From assembly GCA_963768055.1 (NCBI GenBank), contig CAVYGN010000001.1, positions 832,001 to 896,000 on the forward strand: a stretch of 64,000 bases of DNA, given 5' to 3'. The DNA is from an uncultured Spirochaetota bacterium (lineage in GTDB: Bacteria; Spirochaetota; Brevinematia; Brevinematales; JAOACQ01). Below the pieces are notes generated by a model. The model was not told the origin of the DNA. It did no database searches and worked only from the letters and a program-made list of their open reading frames with translations. The position numbers and the translations under genes were made by a program. Below are positions 1 through 9,241 of this stretch, piece by piece. Within the stretch, counting starts at the first letter, position 1. Every line of letters starts with the position of its first letter.

Positions 1-192
1 GATGAAAAGCAGCCTTACCATAACAGGGCCCTGTTCGTCTTTCGACATGTTTGCAAACGGCAATACCGCGACTATCCTCGGCGGGTTCCAGATATTATCG
101 GATTTTATATAAACTTTTGATGTCGAAGAACAGCCGGCAAGTATAAAAATGAAAAAAATTAATGAAAAGCAGATTACTGCTTTATTCTGCAT
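1..192 (-). CDS. Lipoprotein, GNA1162/DUF799-like (5' part only; runs off the window edge)
   Basis: Not in the ORF track. ATG at 192 gives MQNKAVICFSLIFFIFILAGC-SSTSKV...PPRIVAVLPFANMS, with a LAGC lipobox and a VAVLPF-N motif. It overlaps the stop of the upstream CsgG-family gene. Confidence 0.7.
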   Translation of the reverse strand, partial: MQNKAVICFSLIFFIFILAGCSSTSKVYIKSDNIWNPPRIVAVLPFANMSKDEQGPVMVRLLFI

Positions 193-1091
193 ATGTCGCC
201 CTCTGCAATTCCGCTGTCCGAGAGGATTTTACAGTTTGCGCCGTTTTCTCCGAAATAACTTGTTACCTCCAGAGACCCGACAATGTTCTCGGAATAACCA
301 AGGATATCGCCGGTAGTCTGGCTTTTGATTTCTTCACCGCGCCGGATTACGCTGATTATTGTTCCCAGTGGAAGGTTGCTTGTCTGGCCTGCGTCTATTA
401 CAACCGTGTTCTGGTCGATTTTTTTTGCGATATGACAGCTCCATGGGATTTTATTCATAGACTGGACAATCTTTTCAACAACGTTCATGATAGCCGCCTT
501 AAGCGCATCGCCTTCAAGGGCCTCGTCATAGCCTCCGGTCGATCCTATGCCCATAAACGATGAGTAACTTTTCACGGCTTTGCCCTCGCCTGTTTCCGCT
601 GTTACTACAGTTCCTGTGGCGATGTCTATCAGCCTGACGCTGACTTCGGCGTTTGCCGTTTGGGTCTTGCTGTCGCCGAGTAAGACATCCGAGGATGTAA
701 TATTAACCCCGAATTTTGTCACGCTCCCTGTGATGATCGCATCGGCCCCGGCAAGGCTGCCTATCGAAACGGCCGTAGAGGTATCCACTAAACCTGACAT
801 TGATAATTTCTGCTCATCAATTATGGCTGATAGACGCTCCCTTTCAACAAGAATAAACCTTCCGGTATTCTGAAGTACTGAAATAAGTATGTCCGAGGAA
901 ACATTTCCCAGCCTTCTTTTTCCATAAACAGATTCTACCTTGAAATTGACGACCGCGACCCTCTTTTTCGGGCCGATCAGCTGCTTCGTATCGTTGGGAT
1001 TGGCGTTCTCTTTTATACTGACTTCCCGTGAAGTACAGGAAACCAGGAAAATGGATGTTATAAAAACTGAAAACATTAATATTTTCCGCAT
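174..1091 (-). CDS. CsgG/HfaB-family lipoprotein with C-terminal beta (FlgT-C-like) domain
   Basis: LVSC lipobox and motifs KKRVAVVNF, GRFILVERERL, GADAIITGSVTKFG, VRLIDIATG. Start moved to ATG 1091, which follows a GGAGG RBS. Confidence 0.85.
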   Translation of the reverse strand: MRKILMFSVFITSIFLVSCTSREVSIKENANPNDTKQLIGPKKRVAVVNFKVESVYGKRRLGNVSSDILISVLQNTGRFILVERERLSAIIDEQKLSMSGLVDTSTAVSIGSLAGADAIITGSVTKFGVNITSSDVLLGDSKTQTANAEVSVRLIDIATGTVVTAETGEGKAVKSYSSFMGIGSTGGYDEALEGDALKAAIMNVVEKIVQSMNKIPWSCHIAKKIDQNTVVIDAGQTSNLPLGTIISVIRRGEEIKSQTTGDILGYSENIVGSLEVTSYFGENGANCKILSDSGIAEGDICRIKQ

Positions 1092-1244
1092 CTTTTTCCT
1101 CCGCTTATTCAATTAAAAATATACACCCACATATATATAAGCGCAAGTCTTTTTCATTATTTTTTTTCAGTACTGTTTATAAAACAAATCACAATGTGAA
1201 ACCGGCGATTGACATTTTGAGCACAGCTGTTTTAATGAAAGGGC

Positions 1245-1274
1245 TTACCATGTAATGGATTTACCATGTAATGG
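1245..1274. repeat. 14-bp direct repeat TTACCATGTAATGG x2
   Basis: Exact copies at 1245-1258 and 1261-1274; each contains the dyad TTAC-CAT-GTAA. Confidence 0.85.
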
Positions 1275-1285
1275 GAAACAGAGCG

Positions 1286-1855
1286 CTATTCTATAGGCGG
1301 TTCAAAATGGAATTTATAATATATTTCTTTATCTAATTTATCGATGGTTTTGAATTTTTCATAAGTAATTGATTTTGCTCCGCAAAGCTCGAGCATTTTA
1401 TTAACATAACCCATTATGACATATTCAAAATAATAATGGTTTATTGGAAAATCAAAAACCCTTACTTCTACGCTTCCTGTTTCATACTTTGTTTCCATAT
1501 GCCCCTCGGTGTAATACACCTGCCACAAAACCGGAATTGCTTCCGTCATCACGCGTCCTATTTTTCTATTCTTAATTAAAACTTTATATGGACCGTCGAC
1601 TAAGGCATATTCTGCGGACTTTTCCCCCATCATCCAATAAACATTATTATTATTGTTATAAAATTTCTGTAAGGCCAAATCGCTGAATAAAAGGAACTTC
1701 TCAACGGGGATCAAGGTAATTGGAATAATATCATTTTTTTTAAAATAGTCATCCTTTGTACTTACTTCATTCAATAATTCATTGAACTTCTCTTCCCCGA
1801 ATTGCGAGATCATCATTTTTTTTCTTGCTAAAAAAGCTGTCCCCTTAACTTCCAC
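1286..1855 (-). CDS. Hypothetical protein, DUF2378/TIGR02265-like (H-NOX/V4R-like fold)
   Basis: N-terminal VKGTAF...FGEE and a later LWQVYY..G pattern; GTG start with GGGGAGG RBS. Confidence 0.55.
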   Translation of the reverse strand: MEVKGTAFLARKKMMISQFGEEKFNELLNEVSTKDDYFKKNDIIPITLIPVEKFLLFSDLALQKFYNNNNNVYWMMGEKSAEYALVDGPYKVLIKNRKIGRVMTEAIPVLWQVYYTEGHMETKYETGSVEVRVFDFPINHYYFEYVIMGYVNKMLELCGAKSITYEKFKTIDKLDKEIYYKFHFEPPIE

Positions 1856-2050
1856 TAAAACCTCCCCTTATACTTTAAATCAGTTTGCTTGAAAATATTA
1901 TTATAATAACCCCATTTTCCTCATTAATCAATATACTTTGATATTTTTATTTGAAAATACTATAATAAAATTTCAGTTTTAAAGTATATGGACTCGTTAT
2001 TTCCCCCGTGTGTTAGGATAGTTGTCGCCTAAAATATTAGGAGACAAAAA

Positions 2051-2533
2051 ATGAATAGTCAAATTCGTTCAGAGGAATTCAGGAAATCTATCGTTCAAAA
2101 GATGTGTATGCCAGGAGGAAAAACAGTATCTGAACTGAGCCAGGAAATAGGAGTATGTGAACAAACCCTTTACAACTGGAGGAAAATGATCCAGAATAAT
2201 GTATCCAGAGGATTCCAGGATAGAAGCCCGAGAGGCTGGAAATTATCTGATAAATATCAGGCGGTAGTAGACGCAGCAAGCCAATCGGGAGAAGAGTTAG
2301 GACAGTGGTTGAGAAAAAATGGTCTCCAGTCGACTCATATCGAACTCTGGAAACAGGAGTGTTTATCAGTGATATCTAATAACTCATACAGAGAAGAAAA
2401 CAAGGGTTTGAAAGCAAAAATCATAGAGTTAGAAAAAGAAATTAACCGTAAGGATAAAACTATAGCCGAGGTTACTTCTCTGCTGGTGCTTAAAAAAAAA
2501 CTGAACAAGCTGTTCGGGATCGAGGAAGATTAA
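2051..2533 (+). CDS. IS3-family transposase OrfA (HTH)
   Basis: HTH TVSELSQEIGVCEQTLYNWRK, followed by a coiled coil, ending LLVLKKK over an A9 run. Confidence 0.9.
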   Translation: MNSQIRSEEFRKSIVQKMCMPGGKTVSELSQEIGVCEQTLYNWRKMIQNNVSRGFQDRSPRGWKLSDKYQAVVDAASQSGEELGQWLRKNGLQSTHIELWKQECLSVISNNSYREENKGLKAKIIELEKEINRKDKTIAEVTSLLVLKKKLNKLFGIEED

Positions 2534-2538
2534 CTCCA

Positions 2539-3567
2539 TTGGATATACGCATAGATATCTGTGCCTTGATTAATGAGGCTGTTACGACAGGGGCCAGCAG
2601 GGATAAGGCTTGTGAAGAATCTGGCTATGATATAAGGACCATACAGCGCTGGAATAAAAATCTTGAGGGAGACAGAAGAAAATTGAGAAATGTAATGCCT
2701 TCAAATGCCCTGTCGGCCGAAGAAAGGGAGGAGATCATCTCCTGCTGTTGCAGCGAGAGATTTAGAGATATGACGCCGAATGAAATAGTGCCCATGCTGG
2801 CAGAGGAAGGTCGGTATATAGCATCAGAATCATCTTTTTACCGCGTTTTAAAGGACAATGATTTGCTGCACCATAGATACGAAACGAAGCCGAAAACGGC
2901 AAGGAAAACGCCAAGAGAACTGGAAGCGACGGGTCCTAATCAGGTATGGAGTTGGGATATTACATATATATCCAGTCATATAAAAGGTAAGTATTTCTAC
3001 CTCTATATGATCGAAGATGTCTGGAGCCGTAAGATAGTCGGCTGGAAAATGCACGAGGAGGAAAGCTCTGATCATGCCGCAAGAATGGTGGCAGAGATCG
3101 GAGAAACCATTGATTTGAAAGGCTTGTATTTACATTCTGATAATGGTTCTCCTATGAAAGGGGCTACGATGTTAGCGACCTTGCAGAGGTTACAGGTTAT
3201 GCCGTCGTTTTCAAGGCCGAGTGTAAGTAACGATAACCCTTACTCAGAATCATTGTTTAAAACATTGAAATATAATGTGAAATACCCAGGCAATTTCGAG
3301 ACAATGGAATCGGTAGAAATATGGATGCAAAATTTTGTAGACTGGTATAATAATAAACATCTTCATTCAGGGATCGGATATGTCACACCAGCACAGAGAC
3401 ATGAAGGTAAAGATAAGGCGATACTCCTGAAGAGAGCGGAAACTTATGCGGCTGCAAAAAGCAGACATCCTGAAAGATGGTCAGGAGAATCTAAAAAATG
3501 GGAACGGATAGAATCGGTATTTTTAAACCCGAGTAAGACTAACAAGGAATCGTTGGTTGCGGCGTAA
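2539..3567 (+). CDS. IS3-family transposase OrfB (rve integrase core), probably expressed as an OrfAB -1 frameshift fusion
   Basis: DDE motifs WSWDITY, LHSDNG and NPYSESLFKTLK; lies in the -1 frame relative to orfA. Confidence 0.92.
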   Translation: MDIRIDICALINEAVTTGASRDKACEESGYDIRTIQRWNKNLEGDRRKLRNVMPSNALSAEEREEIISCCCSERFRDMTPNEIVPMLAEEGRYIASESSFYRVLKDNDLLHHRYETKPKTARKTPRELEATGPNQVWSWDITYISSHIKGKYFYLYMIEDVWSRKIVGWKMHEEESSDHAARMVAEIGETIDLKGLYLHSDNGSPMKGATMLATLQRLQVMPSFSRPSVSNDNPYSESLFKTLKYNVKYPGNFETMESVEIWMQNFVDWYNNKHLHSGIGYVTPAQRHEGKDKAILLKRAETYAAAKSRHPERWSGESKKWERIESVFLNPSKTNKESLVAA

Positions 3568-3695
3568 AATAAAAGCGACAACTCCCTTGACAAAAACCGT
3601 TTCTAATACTTTGACATAGCGGAATGTTCGGTACTGAAAGGGATTACATCGAGGAAATTTTCGGGTAAAATCAGAGTTTAAAGGGAGAATCAAAG

Positions 3696-4217
3696 ATGTT
3701 TTCCGCAACAGACGCTATCAGGATGTTTGCAAGATATAACGCTTATTCTAATAATGAAATGAATAAGATAATTTCACAGCTTACGCCGGAAGAGTGGGAA
3801 AAAGAATTGGGAGGCTATTACAAGAGTGTAAAAGCCCTCTGCACCCATATTTATTTGTCAGATTTTTTATGGCTGAAAAGAATGGAGAAAATAAGAAAGT
3901 TTAAGTACCTTGATATGCCTGTAATGAAGGAAAATCACAGCTGGCATAGTGTTCCGTTTAATTCTGTTGAAGAATACAAAGTTTTAAGGGATAATTTAGA
4001 CAATGTTTTCAGCAAACTTGCAGACGAGGTCAATGAGGATGATCTTGAAAAAGACCTGAATTATATAAATATCAAGGGCGAACCTTTGAGCTGGAAATTC
4101 GGGACATTGATTTTTCATGTTTTCAATCATCAAACCCATAACAGGGGTTTAACCTCAATTTACCTGGAATTACTGAACAAACCTAACGATTACAACAGCC
4201 TTATGGCCTCATTATGA
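3696..4217 (+). CDS. DinB/YfiT-family protein
   Basis: RYNAYSN, SVKALCTHI and HVFNHQTHNRG metal-binding His pattern. Confidence 0.85.
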   Translation: MFSATDAIRMFARYNAYSNNEMNKIISQLTPEEWEKELGGYYKSVKALCTHIYLSDFLWLKRMEKIRKFKYLDMPVMKENHSWHSVPFNSVEEYKVLRDNLDNVFSKLADEVNEDDLEKDLNYINIKGEPLSWKFGTLIFHVFNHQTHNRGLTSIYLELLNKPNDYNSLMASL

Positions 4218-4283
4218 GATTTTTATTTGTCAATTCTATAATAACATTTCTCGTTTGAAAGCAGAGGATAATATGAAATATTA

Positions 4284-4312
4284 TTGACATCCGCCCCTCC
4301 ATTTGATATAAT
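4284..4312 (+). promoter_or_regulatory. Sigma70 promoter of znuA
   Basis: TTGACA (4284-4289), 17 bp, TATAAT (4307-4312), with extended -10 TG. Confidence 0.85.
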
Positions 4313-4318
4313 ATGCAA

Positions 4319-4335
4319 ATGCAAATTATTTGCAT
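4319..4335. promoter_or_regulatory. Candidate Zur operator ATGCAAAT-T-ATTTGCAT
   Basis: Perfect 8-1-8 palindrome over the predicted transcription start; a matching site lies at 14064-14080. Confidence 0.75.
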
Positions 4336-4360
4336 ATTAAAATTCAAAGGAGGAAAATTT

Positions 4361-5296
4361 ATGAGACGCCCGGGAATTATTTTTGCCGCTGTCATAGTCC
4401 TTTCGGCTGTCCTTATGATTGAGTCCTGCGTTGGAAAAAACTCGGCTTCCAGCGGAGGAGGCAAACTGCTGGTCTATTCAAGTTTCTACGCAATGTACGA
4501 CCTTACAAAAAAAATCGGCGGGGAAAGGATCGATCTTGTCAACCTTGTTCCCGCGGGAACGGAACCCCATGAATGGGAACCATCCCCGGGCGATATTGTC
4601 AACCTTGAAAAAGCCGATGTTTTTGTCTATAACGGCGCGAGCATGGAGGGCTGGGTGGACAAGGTAATTCCTGCACTGAAAAACAAAAAATTGATAAGCG
4701 TTGAAACTTCAAAAGAGATCAAACTTCATGAAAATCCGGAAAAGGGTGATAATCCTGTAAAGGGCGAAAATCTCAAATACGATCCGCATGTTTGGCTTTA
4801 TCCGATGAACGCGGTTAAGCAGATGGAAGCCATTATGGAAGCACTGTCCAGGGCCGACCCGGCCGGGGCGGATTATTACAAAAGCAATTTTATCGTTTAC
4901 TCGGAGAAATTTTCCGAACTCGATAAAGAGTACAGGGATGCCCTGGCAAAGGTGAAAAACCGGAACATAGTCGTTTCTCACCAGGCTTTCGGGTACCTTT
5001 GCGAGGCCTACGGGCTTAACCAGGTAGCCATCGAAGGCCTTGAAGCGGATTCGGAGCCTGCCGCTGAAAAAATGGCCGAAATATCCGATTTTGCCAGGAA
5101 AAACGGCGTTAAGTATATCTTTTTCGAAGATCTTGTCAGCCCTAAAGTTGCCGAAGCTCTAGCAAGGGAGATCGGCGCTAAAACCGAAACCTTCAATCCC
5201 CTCGAAGGTCTTTCCGACAAGGAAATCTCAGAAGGAAAGGAATATTTAAGCGTGATGAGAGACAATCTTGCCACACTTGAAAAAGCCTTGAAGTAA
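4361..5296 (+). CDS. znuA: Zinc ABC transporter substrate-binding lipoprotein (ZnuA/AdcA family)
   Basis: EPHEWEP, DPHVWL and VSHQAFGYL motifs; IESC lipobox; start at ATG 4361 after GGAGG. Confidence 0.9.
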   Translation: MRRPGIIFAAVIVLSAVLMIESCVGKNSASSGGGKLLVYSSFYAMYDLTKKIGGERIDLVNLVPAGTEPHEWEPSPGDIVNLEKADVFVYNGASMEGWVDKVIPALKNKKLISVETSKEIKLHENPEKGDNPVKGENLKYDPHVWLYPMNAVKQMEAIMEALSRADPAGADYYKSNFIVYSEKFSELDKEYRDALAKVKNRNIVVSHQAFGYLCEAYGLNQVAIEGLEADSEPAAEKMAEISDFARKNGVKYIFFEDLVSPKVAEALAREIGAKTETFNPLEGLSDKEISEGKEYLSVMRDNLATLEKALK

Positions 5297-5407
5297 TCAA
5301 GAAATACCGCATAGAGGGAAAATTCCCGGCAGAAGGGATATTGGATATTCTGCATACAGCTATGGTCCGGCTAAGCGGTATTTTACCTATCGGACCGCGG
5401 CCTACTT

Positions 5408-7531
5408 TTATTCTTCCTCTTTATCGATCCCATCATATGTGTTTTTTTCGATCGGCTTGAATATCTTTCTCGATTTTTTTTCCTTTGTCATTTCAGTCTC
5501 TTTAATATAATCATAAATCATTTCGAAGCTGTCCCTTTTTTCAGTCCTCGTCTCCCTGCGGACATATACTTCGTCATGTTTCAGTTCCCAAAGGTTTTCA
5601 GTGTCCCCGAACTGAAAATCGATGATTTTTTTCAGAAATTCCCTGTGCCTTGGATTGTTAACGGGAAAGAGCAGTTCGATCCTCCTGTCAAGGTTCCTTT
5701 CCATCCAGTCTGCGCTTGCAAGGTAATACTCCTCGTCACCGTCATTATAAAAATAATATATCCTGGAATGTTCAAGGTATCTTCCTACCAGTGAAATCAC
5801 TGAAATTTCCCCGCCGTTATCGCCTGGTCCGGGGATGAGGGAGCAGATTCCCCTTATAATCAGCCTTATTATGACCCCGGCCTTCGAGGCCTCGTAAAGC
5901 CTGCTGATAATATCAGGATCGGTCAGGGAATTCATCTTGGCGATGATCGCCGCCTTCCTGCCGCTTTTTGCGCAGACGGTTTCCCTTTCTATCAGGCGGA
6001 TGAACTTCTGTCTCAGATAAAGAGGGGCGATGGTCACTGCGTTCCATTTTTCAGCGAGTGAAAAACCTGTAAGGAGATTGAAAAGGGATGAAATGTCGCC
6101 GGTCAGATTTTCGTCCGTTGTAAACAGGCTGAAATCGCTGTATAGGCGCGCTGTGTTTTCATTGTAATTTCCCGTGGCAAGATGCGCGTAACGCTCAATC
6201 CCCCTTGTTTCTTTGCGTATTATCAGCATAGCCTTCATGTGGGTTTTAAATCCTGCAACACCGTAAGTGACATGGGCGCCCGCATCCTCGAGCTTTCTTG
6301 CCCACTCGATATTCCTTTTTTCGTCGAACCTGGCTTTAAGCTCGTCTATTACGGTAACGTACTTGCCGTTTTCTGCGGCGCGGATCAGGGCCTTTATTAT
6401 TTCAGATTCCGAACTTGTCCTGTAGAGCGTCTGTTTTATAGCTATAACGGCAGGATCATCTGCGGCGGTACTGATAAGTTCGACAACAGGTTCGTAGGAG
6501 TGATAGGGATGAAAGAGTATTATGTCGCGGTCCCTGACGGCCTTAAAAATATTCTTGTTTTTAAAATCACTGGGATAAACGGGAGTGACGGTTTTGAATT
6601 TAAGATCTTCTTTATTAATAATATTGTAGAGCTGCATTAGATCTTTTAAATGGATAAAGCCGTCAACAGGGTAGCCGTCTTCTTCACCCAGGCCGTTTTC
6701 TTCGCAAATAATTTGTATAACGCTATCGGGAATGTCCCTCTCATATTCCAGCCGGACGGCGGAACGGCGGTGCATTCTCTTTATCGAGGTCTCTATTTCT
6801 TTAAGAAGGTTAGGGGCGTCTTCCTCCTGAAGGCTTATATCTGCATCTCTCGTGATCTTCACCACATTGCAGGACGTCACTTCATATCCGTTATATAATT
6901 TGTGAATAAACAGCCGTATTATGTTTTCAATTGGGACAAAAGCCTTGCTCTTTATACCCGAATAAAAACGGCCGAAAACATTTGTCGGGATCTCAACGAA
7001 GGAGAGGGTACTTTTTTCTAAAACACCCTTCTCGTCCGGCTTGAGGCCGATGGCCAGGTAAAGCCTTCCTGTCACCAGGGTAATAAAAGGCATGGTTGGG
7101 CCTATGGATAGAGGGGTTAGTGATATCTTCAGCTCGTTATCGAAATAGGGTTCAAGCTCATCCTTTAGGGCCGTAAGTTCATCCTTATCCAATAAAAGTT
7201 TTATTCCATTCTCGGAGAGAGAGGGAACGATTTCCCCGTAAAGGATATCGAATTGCTTTTTCAGCATGTCAAGTACATGGGCTCTGATCGCTTTAATCTG
7301 CACAGATGGGGGGATGGACGGATAATCCGTGGTTTCCGATATTTTTGCGGTGATCTGGTTTTTTAAAACTGCTACGCGTATCATGAAAAACTCTTCAAGG
7401 TTAGAAGCGCTTATCGATAAAAACTTTAATTTTTCCAGGAGGGGGTTGCCGGGCCTGGCGGCTTCGAAAATAACCCTTTCGTTGAAATTAAGCCAGCTGT
7501 ATTCCCTGTTGATTATATTATAGGCGCTCAT
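5408..7531 (-). CDS. ppk1: Polyphosphate kinase 1
   Basis: NREYSWLNFNERV, HPYHS, IKQTLYR, ELKARFDE, TGNYN, GRYLEHSR. Start moved to ATG 7531, which overlaps the ppx stop (ATGA). Confidence 0.96.
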   Translation of the reverse strand: MSAYNIINREYSWLNFNERVIFEAARPGNPLLEKLKFLSISASNLEEFFMIRVAVLKNQITAKISETTDYPSIPPSVQIKAIRAHVLDMLKKQFDILYGEIVPSLSENGIKLLLDKDELTALKDELEPYFDNELKISLTPLSIGPTMPFITLVTGRLYLAIGLKPDEKGVLEKSTLSFVEIPTNVFGRFYSGIKSKAFVPIENIIRLFIHKLYNGYEVTSCNVVKITRDADISLQEEDAPNLLKEIETSIKRMHRRSAVRLEYERDIPDSVIQIICEENGLGEEDGYPVDGFIHLKDLMQLYNIINKEDLKFKTVTPVYPSDFKNKNIFKAVRDRDIILFHPYHSYEPVVELISTAADDPAVIAIKQTLYRTSSESEIIKALIRAAENGKYVTVIDELKARFDEKRNIEWARKLEDAGAHVTYGVAGFKTHMKAMLIIRKETRGIERYAHLATGNYNENTARLYSDFSLFTTDENLTGDISSLFNLLTGFSLAEKWNAVTIAPLYLRQKFIRLIERETVCAKSGRKAAIIAKMNSLTDPDIISRLYEASKAGVIIRLIIRGICSLIPGPGDNGGEISVISLVGRYLEHSRIYYFYNDGDEEYYLASADWMERNLDRRIELLFPVNNPRHREFLKKIIDFQFGDTENLWELKHDEVYVRRETRTEKRDSFEMIYDYIKETEMTKEKKSRKIFKPIEKNTYDGIDKEEE

Positions 7532-9066
7532 ACAAGCTTCTCGATCGAGACCTGAACCCCGAAGAAGTTTTCGAAAAGATCGCTCTTCTTTTTGACGGAA
7601 TTCCTGATCATTTCCAGAAAATCGTACCTGTTGTTTTTTATCCTGACAAGTATCTCGCATTTTTCTGCGCTTAAATTGACACGCAGTTCTTCTACGATCT
7701 GAGAGTGAGTGTTGTCGAGTCCGTCGGCAATTCTTAATATGCTTGACATCCGGGATACGATCAGCCTGTCCTCCATTGGAAGCTCGATATATTCAGTATG
7801 CGATGGTTTTGGAGGAGATTTTCTGTGGTATCTTGCGATTTGTGCGATAATATCCATTTCGGATTTCTGGAGTCCAATAATCTCGGATGAGGAGATAAGC
7901 TGGGCGGAATGCTTGTTATGGCTCGTAGTACCGACAAAATACCCGATATCATGCAGCAGGCCCCCCACTTCGAGGTATAAACGTTCATTGTCGCTAAAAT
8001 CGTAGTTTTTACGGAGTTCGTCAAAAATCTCAAGGGCGAGCCGGGTGACCGCGAGGGAATGCTCCCTGTCAAACTGGTATTTTTTGGCAAGAGACATAAC
8101 GGATGATATGATGTTTTCACGGATCTCGGTTTTTATGGCCTTATTCTTCGAGTTAACTATTTTATAGATATTGAAAAATGAGGGGTTTACATTCGGTATC
8201 ATTATATTCTGGGCTGCTGTCAGATTATAGAACATACCGAAGAGGATAAACGTTATTTTAGATGTTTTGAGCATAGTATCGGAAAGCTGGTACTTATCCT
8301 TGATCCTGTCGATCGACATGCTTTCTATTTGTGCAAAATATTTGTTAAAATCCTTTCTCGGCACAATGAATATTCCATCCGTTAAATAATCATGGAATAT
8401 TTTCTGGGCTAGGGGAAGTATGTCCTCGTTTATCCCTATGAATCCGTCGATTTTTTTGATATCGGGGAACCTTTTCAGCGTGCTTTGAAAACTCATTGAA
8501 AACGGGTTCAAAGCTAACTGGTATTTATCATCATAATTGTAATCTTTCGCGAATTTAATTGTACCTATACGATGGGTTTCCGAAAATATTATTTTACCCT
8601 TCGATTTGAGTATTATATGAGTCGAACCGGCTCCTATTGAAAAGAGGACAAAATTTTTTTTGTTGAACGAATACTTGTTTTTGATCTGATTCTTGATACC
8701 CTCATAAACTATTTCGCTTTCTTCAGCAGGTTCGCTTATCTCGATTACCACTCCCGTAGCTTTTCTGAGCCTTTCTATCAAAACGTCGCTGTTGCCGGAT
8801 TCCCGGATATTGCTTGTTATATAGGTTTTAAAGTTTGAAATACGGTAGCTTTCGATAACTTCCTTAAATTTATTTACTGACTGGATCACTTCCTGGATTG
8901 TCTGGTTTGAAATGAATCCCTTGCTTAAAGTGTCTCTTCCTATTCCGATAGGATTCCATAGATACTCGACCTGGGAAATATTTTTTTTCTTTGAAATTTC
9001 CGCGATATGCATTTTTATAGTATGAGACCCTATATCAATGACGGCTATCAATTTATTCGGTTCCAT
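7528..9066 (-). CDS. ppx: Ppx/GppA-family exopolyphosphatase with C-terminal HD domain
   Basis: AVIDIGSH ASKHA motif; LLHDIG, HNKHS, ARYHRK, LRIADGLD; translationally coupled to ppk1. Confidence 0.88.
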   Translation of the reverse strand: MEPNKLIAVIDIGSHTIKMHIAEISKKKNISQVEYLWNPIGIGRDTLSKGFISNQTIQEVIQSVNKFKEVIESYRISNFKTYITSNIRESGNSDVLIERLRKATGVVIEISEPAEESEIVYEGIKNQIKNKYSFNKKNFVLFSIGAGSTHIILKSKGKIIFSETHRIGTIKFAKDYNYDDKYQLALNPFSMSFQSTLKRFPDIKKIDGFIGINEDILPLAQKIFHDYLTDGIFIVPRKDFNKYFAQIESMSIDRIKDKYQLSDTMLKTSKITFILFGMFYNLTAAQNIMIPNVNPSFFNIYKIVNSKNKAIKTEIRENIISSVMSLAKKYQFDREHSLAVTRLALEIFDELRKNYDFSDNERLYLEVGGLLHDIGYFVGTTSHNKHSAQLISSSEIIGLQKSEMDIIAQIARYHRKSPPKPSHTEYIELPMEDRLIVSRMSSILRIADGLDNTHSQIVEELRVNLSAEKCEILVRIKNNRYDFLEMIRNSVKKKSDLFENFFGVQVSIEKLV

Positions 9067-9241
9067 AATTAATCCCCGTTAATCAAGCGTAAACTGTGTT
9101 AAAAACAAACGATAAGATTTTTATTTTATACTATGAAAATTTCTTTTGCAAAAAAAATGCGATATTTATTAATATTAAAAACTTCCGATAACTCATTTTA
9201 TTCATTAAAATATCCTGTTATTAAACATTAGGAGGCGGCCA

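Larger units (their letters stand above)
2004..3599 (+). mobile_element. IS3-family insertion sequence (ends approximate)
   Basis: orfA/orfB pair. Imperfect inverted ends share AGTTGTCGC (2020-2028 / 3575-3583). TTTC flanks both sides (2000-2003, 3600-3603). The left end could extend to about 1995. Confidence 0.8.

Noticed and set aside
3587..3637. Hybrid promoter for the DinB gene from the IS3 right-end TTGACA
   Set aside because: Neither TTGACA (3587, 3611) has a convincing -10 box at 16-18 bp spacing.
7532..7660. 43-aa N-terminal extension of Ppk1 in the ORF track
   Set aside because: It overlaps ppx; recognisable Ppk1 sequence begins at MSAYNIINRE, whose ATG overlaps the ppx stop.
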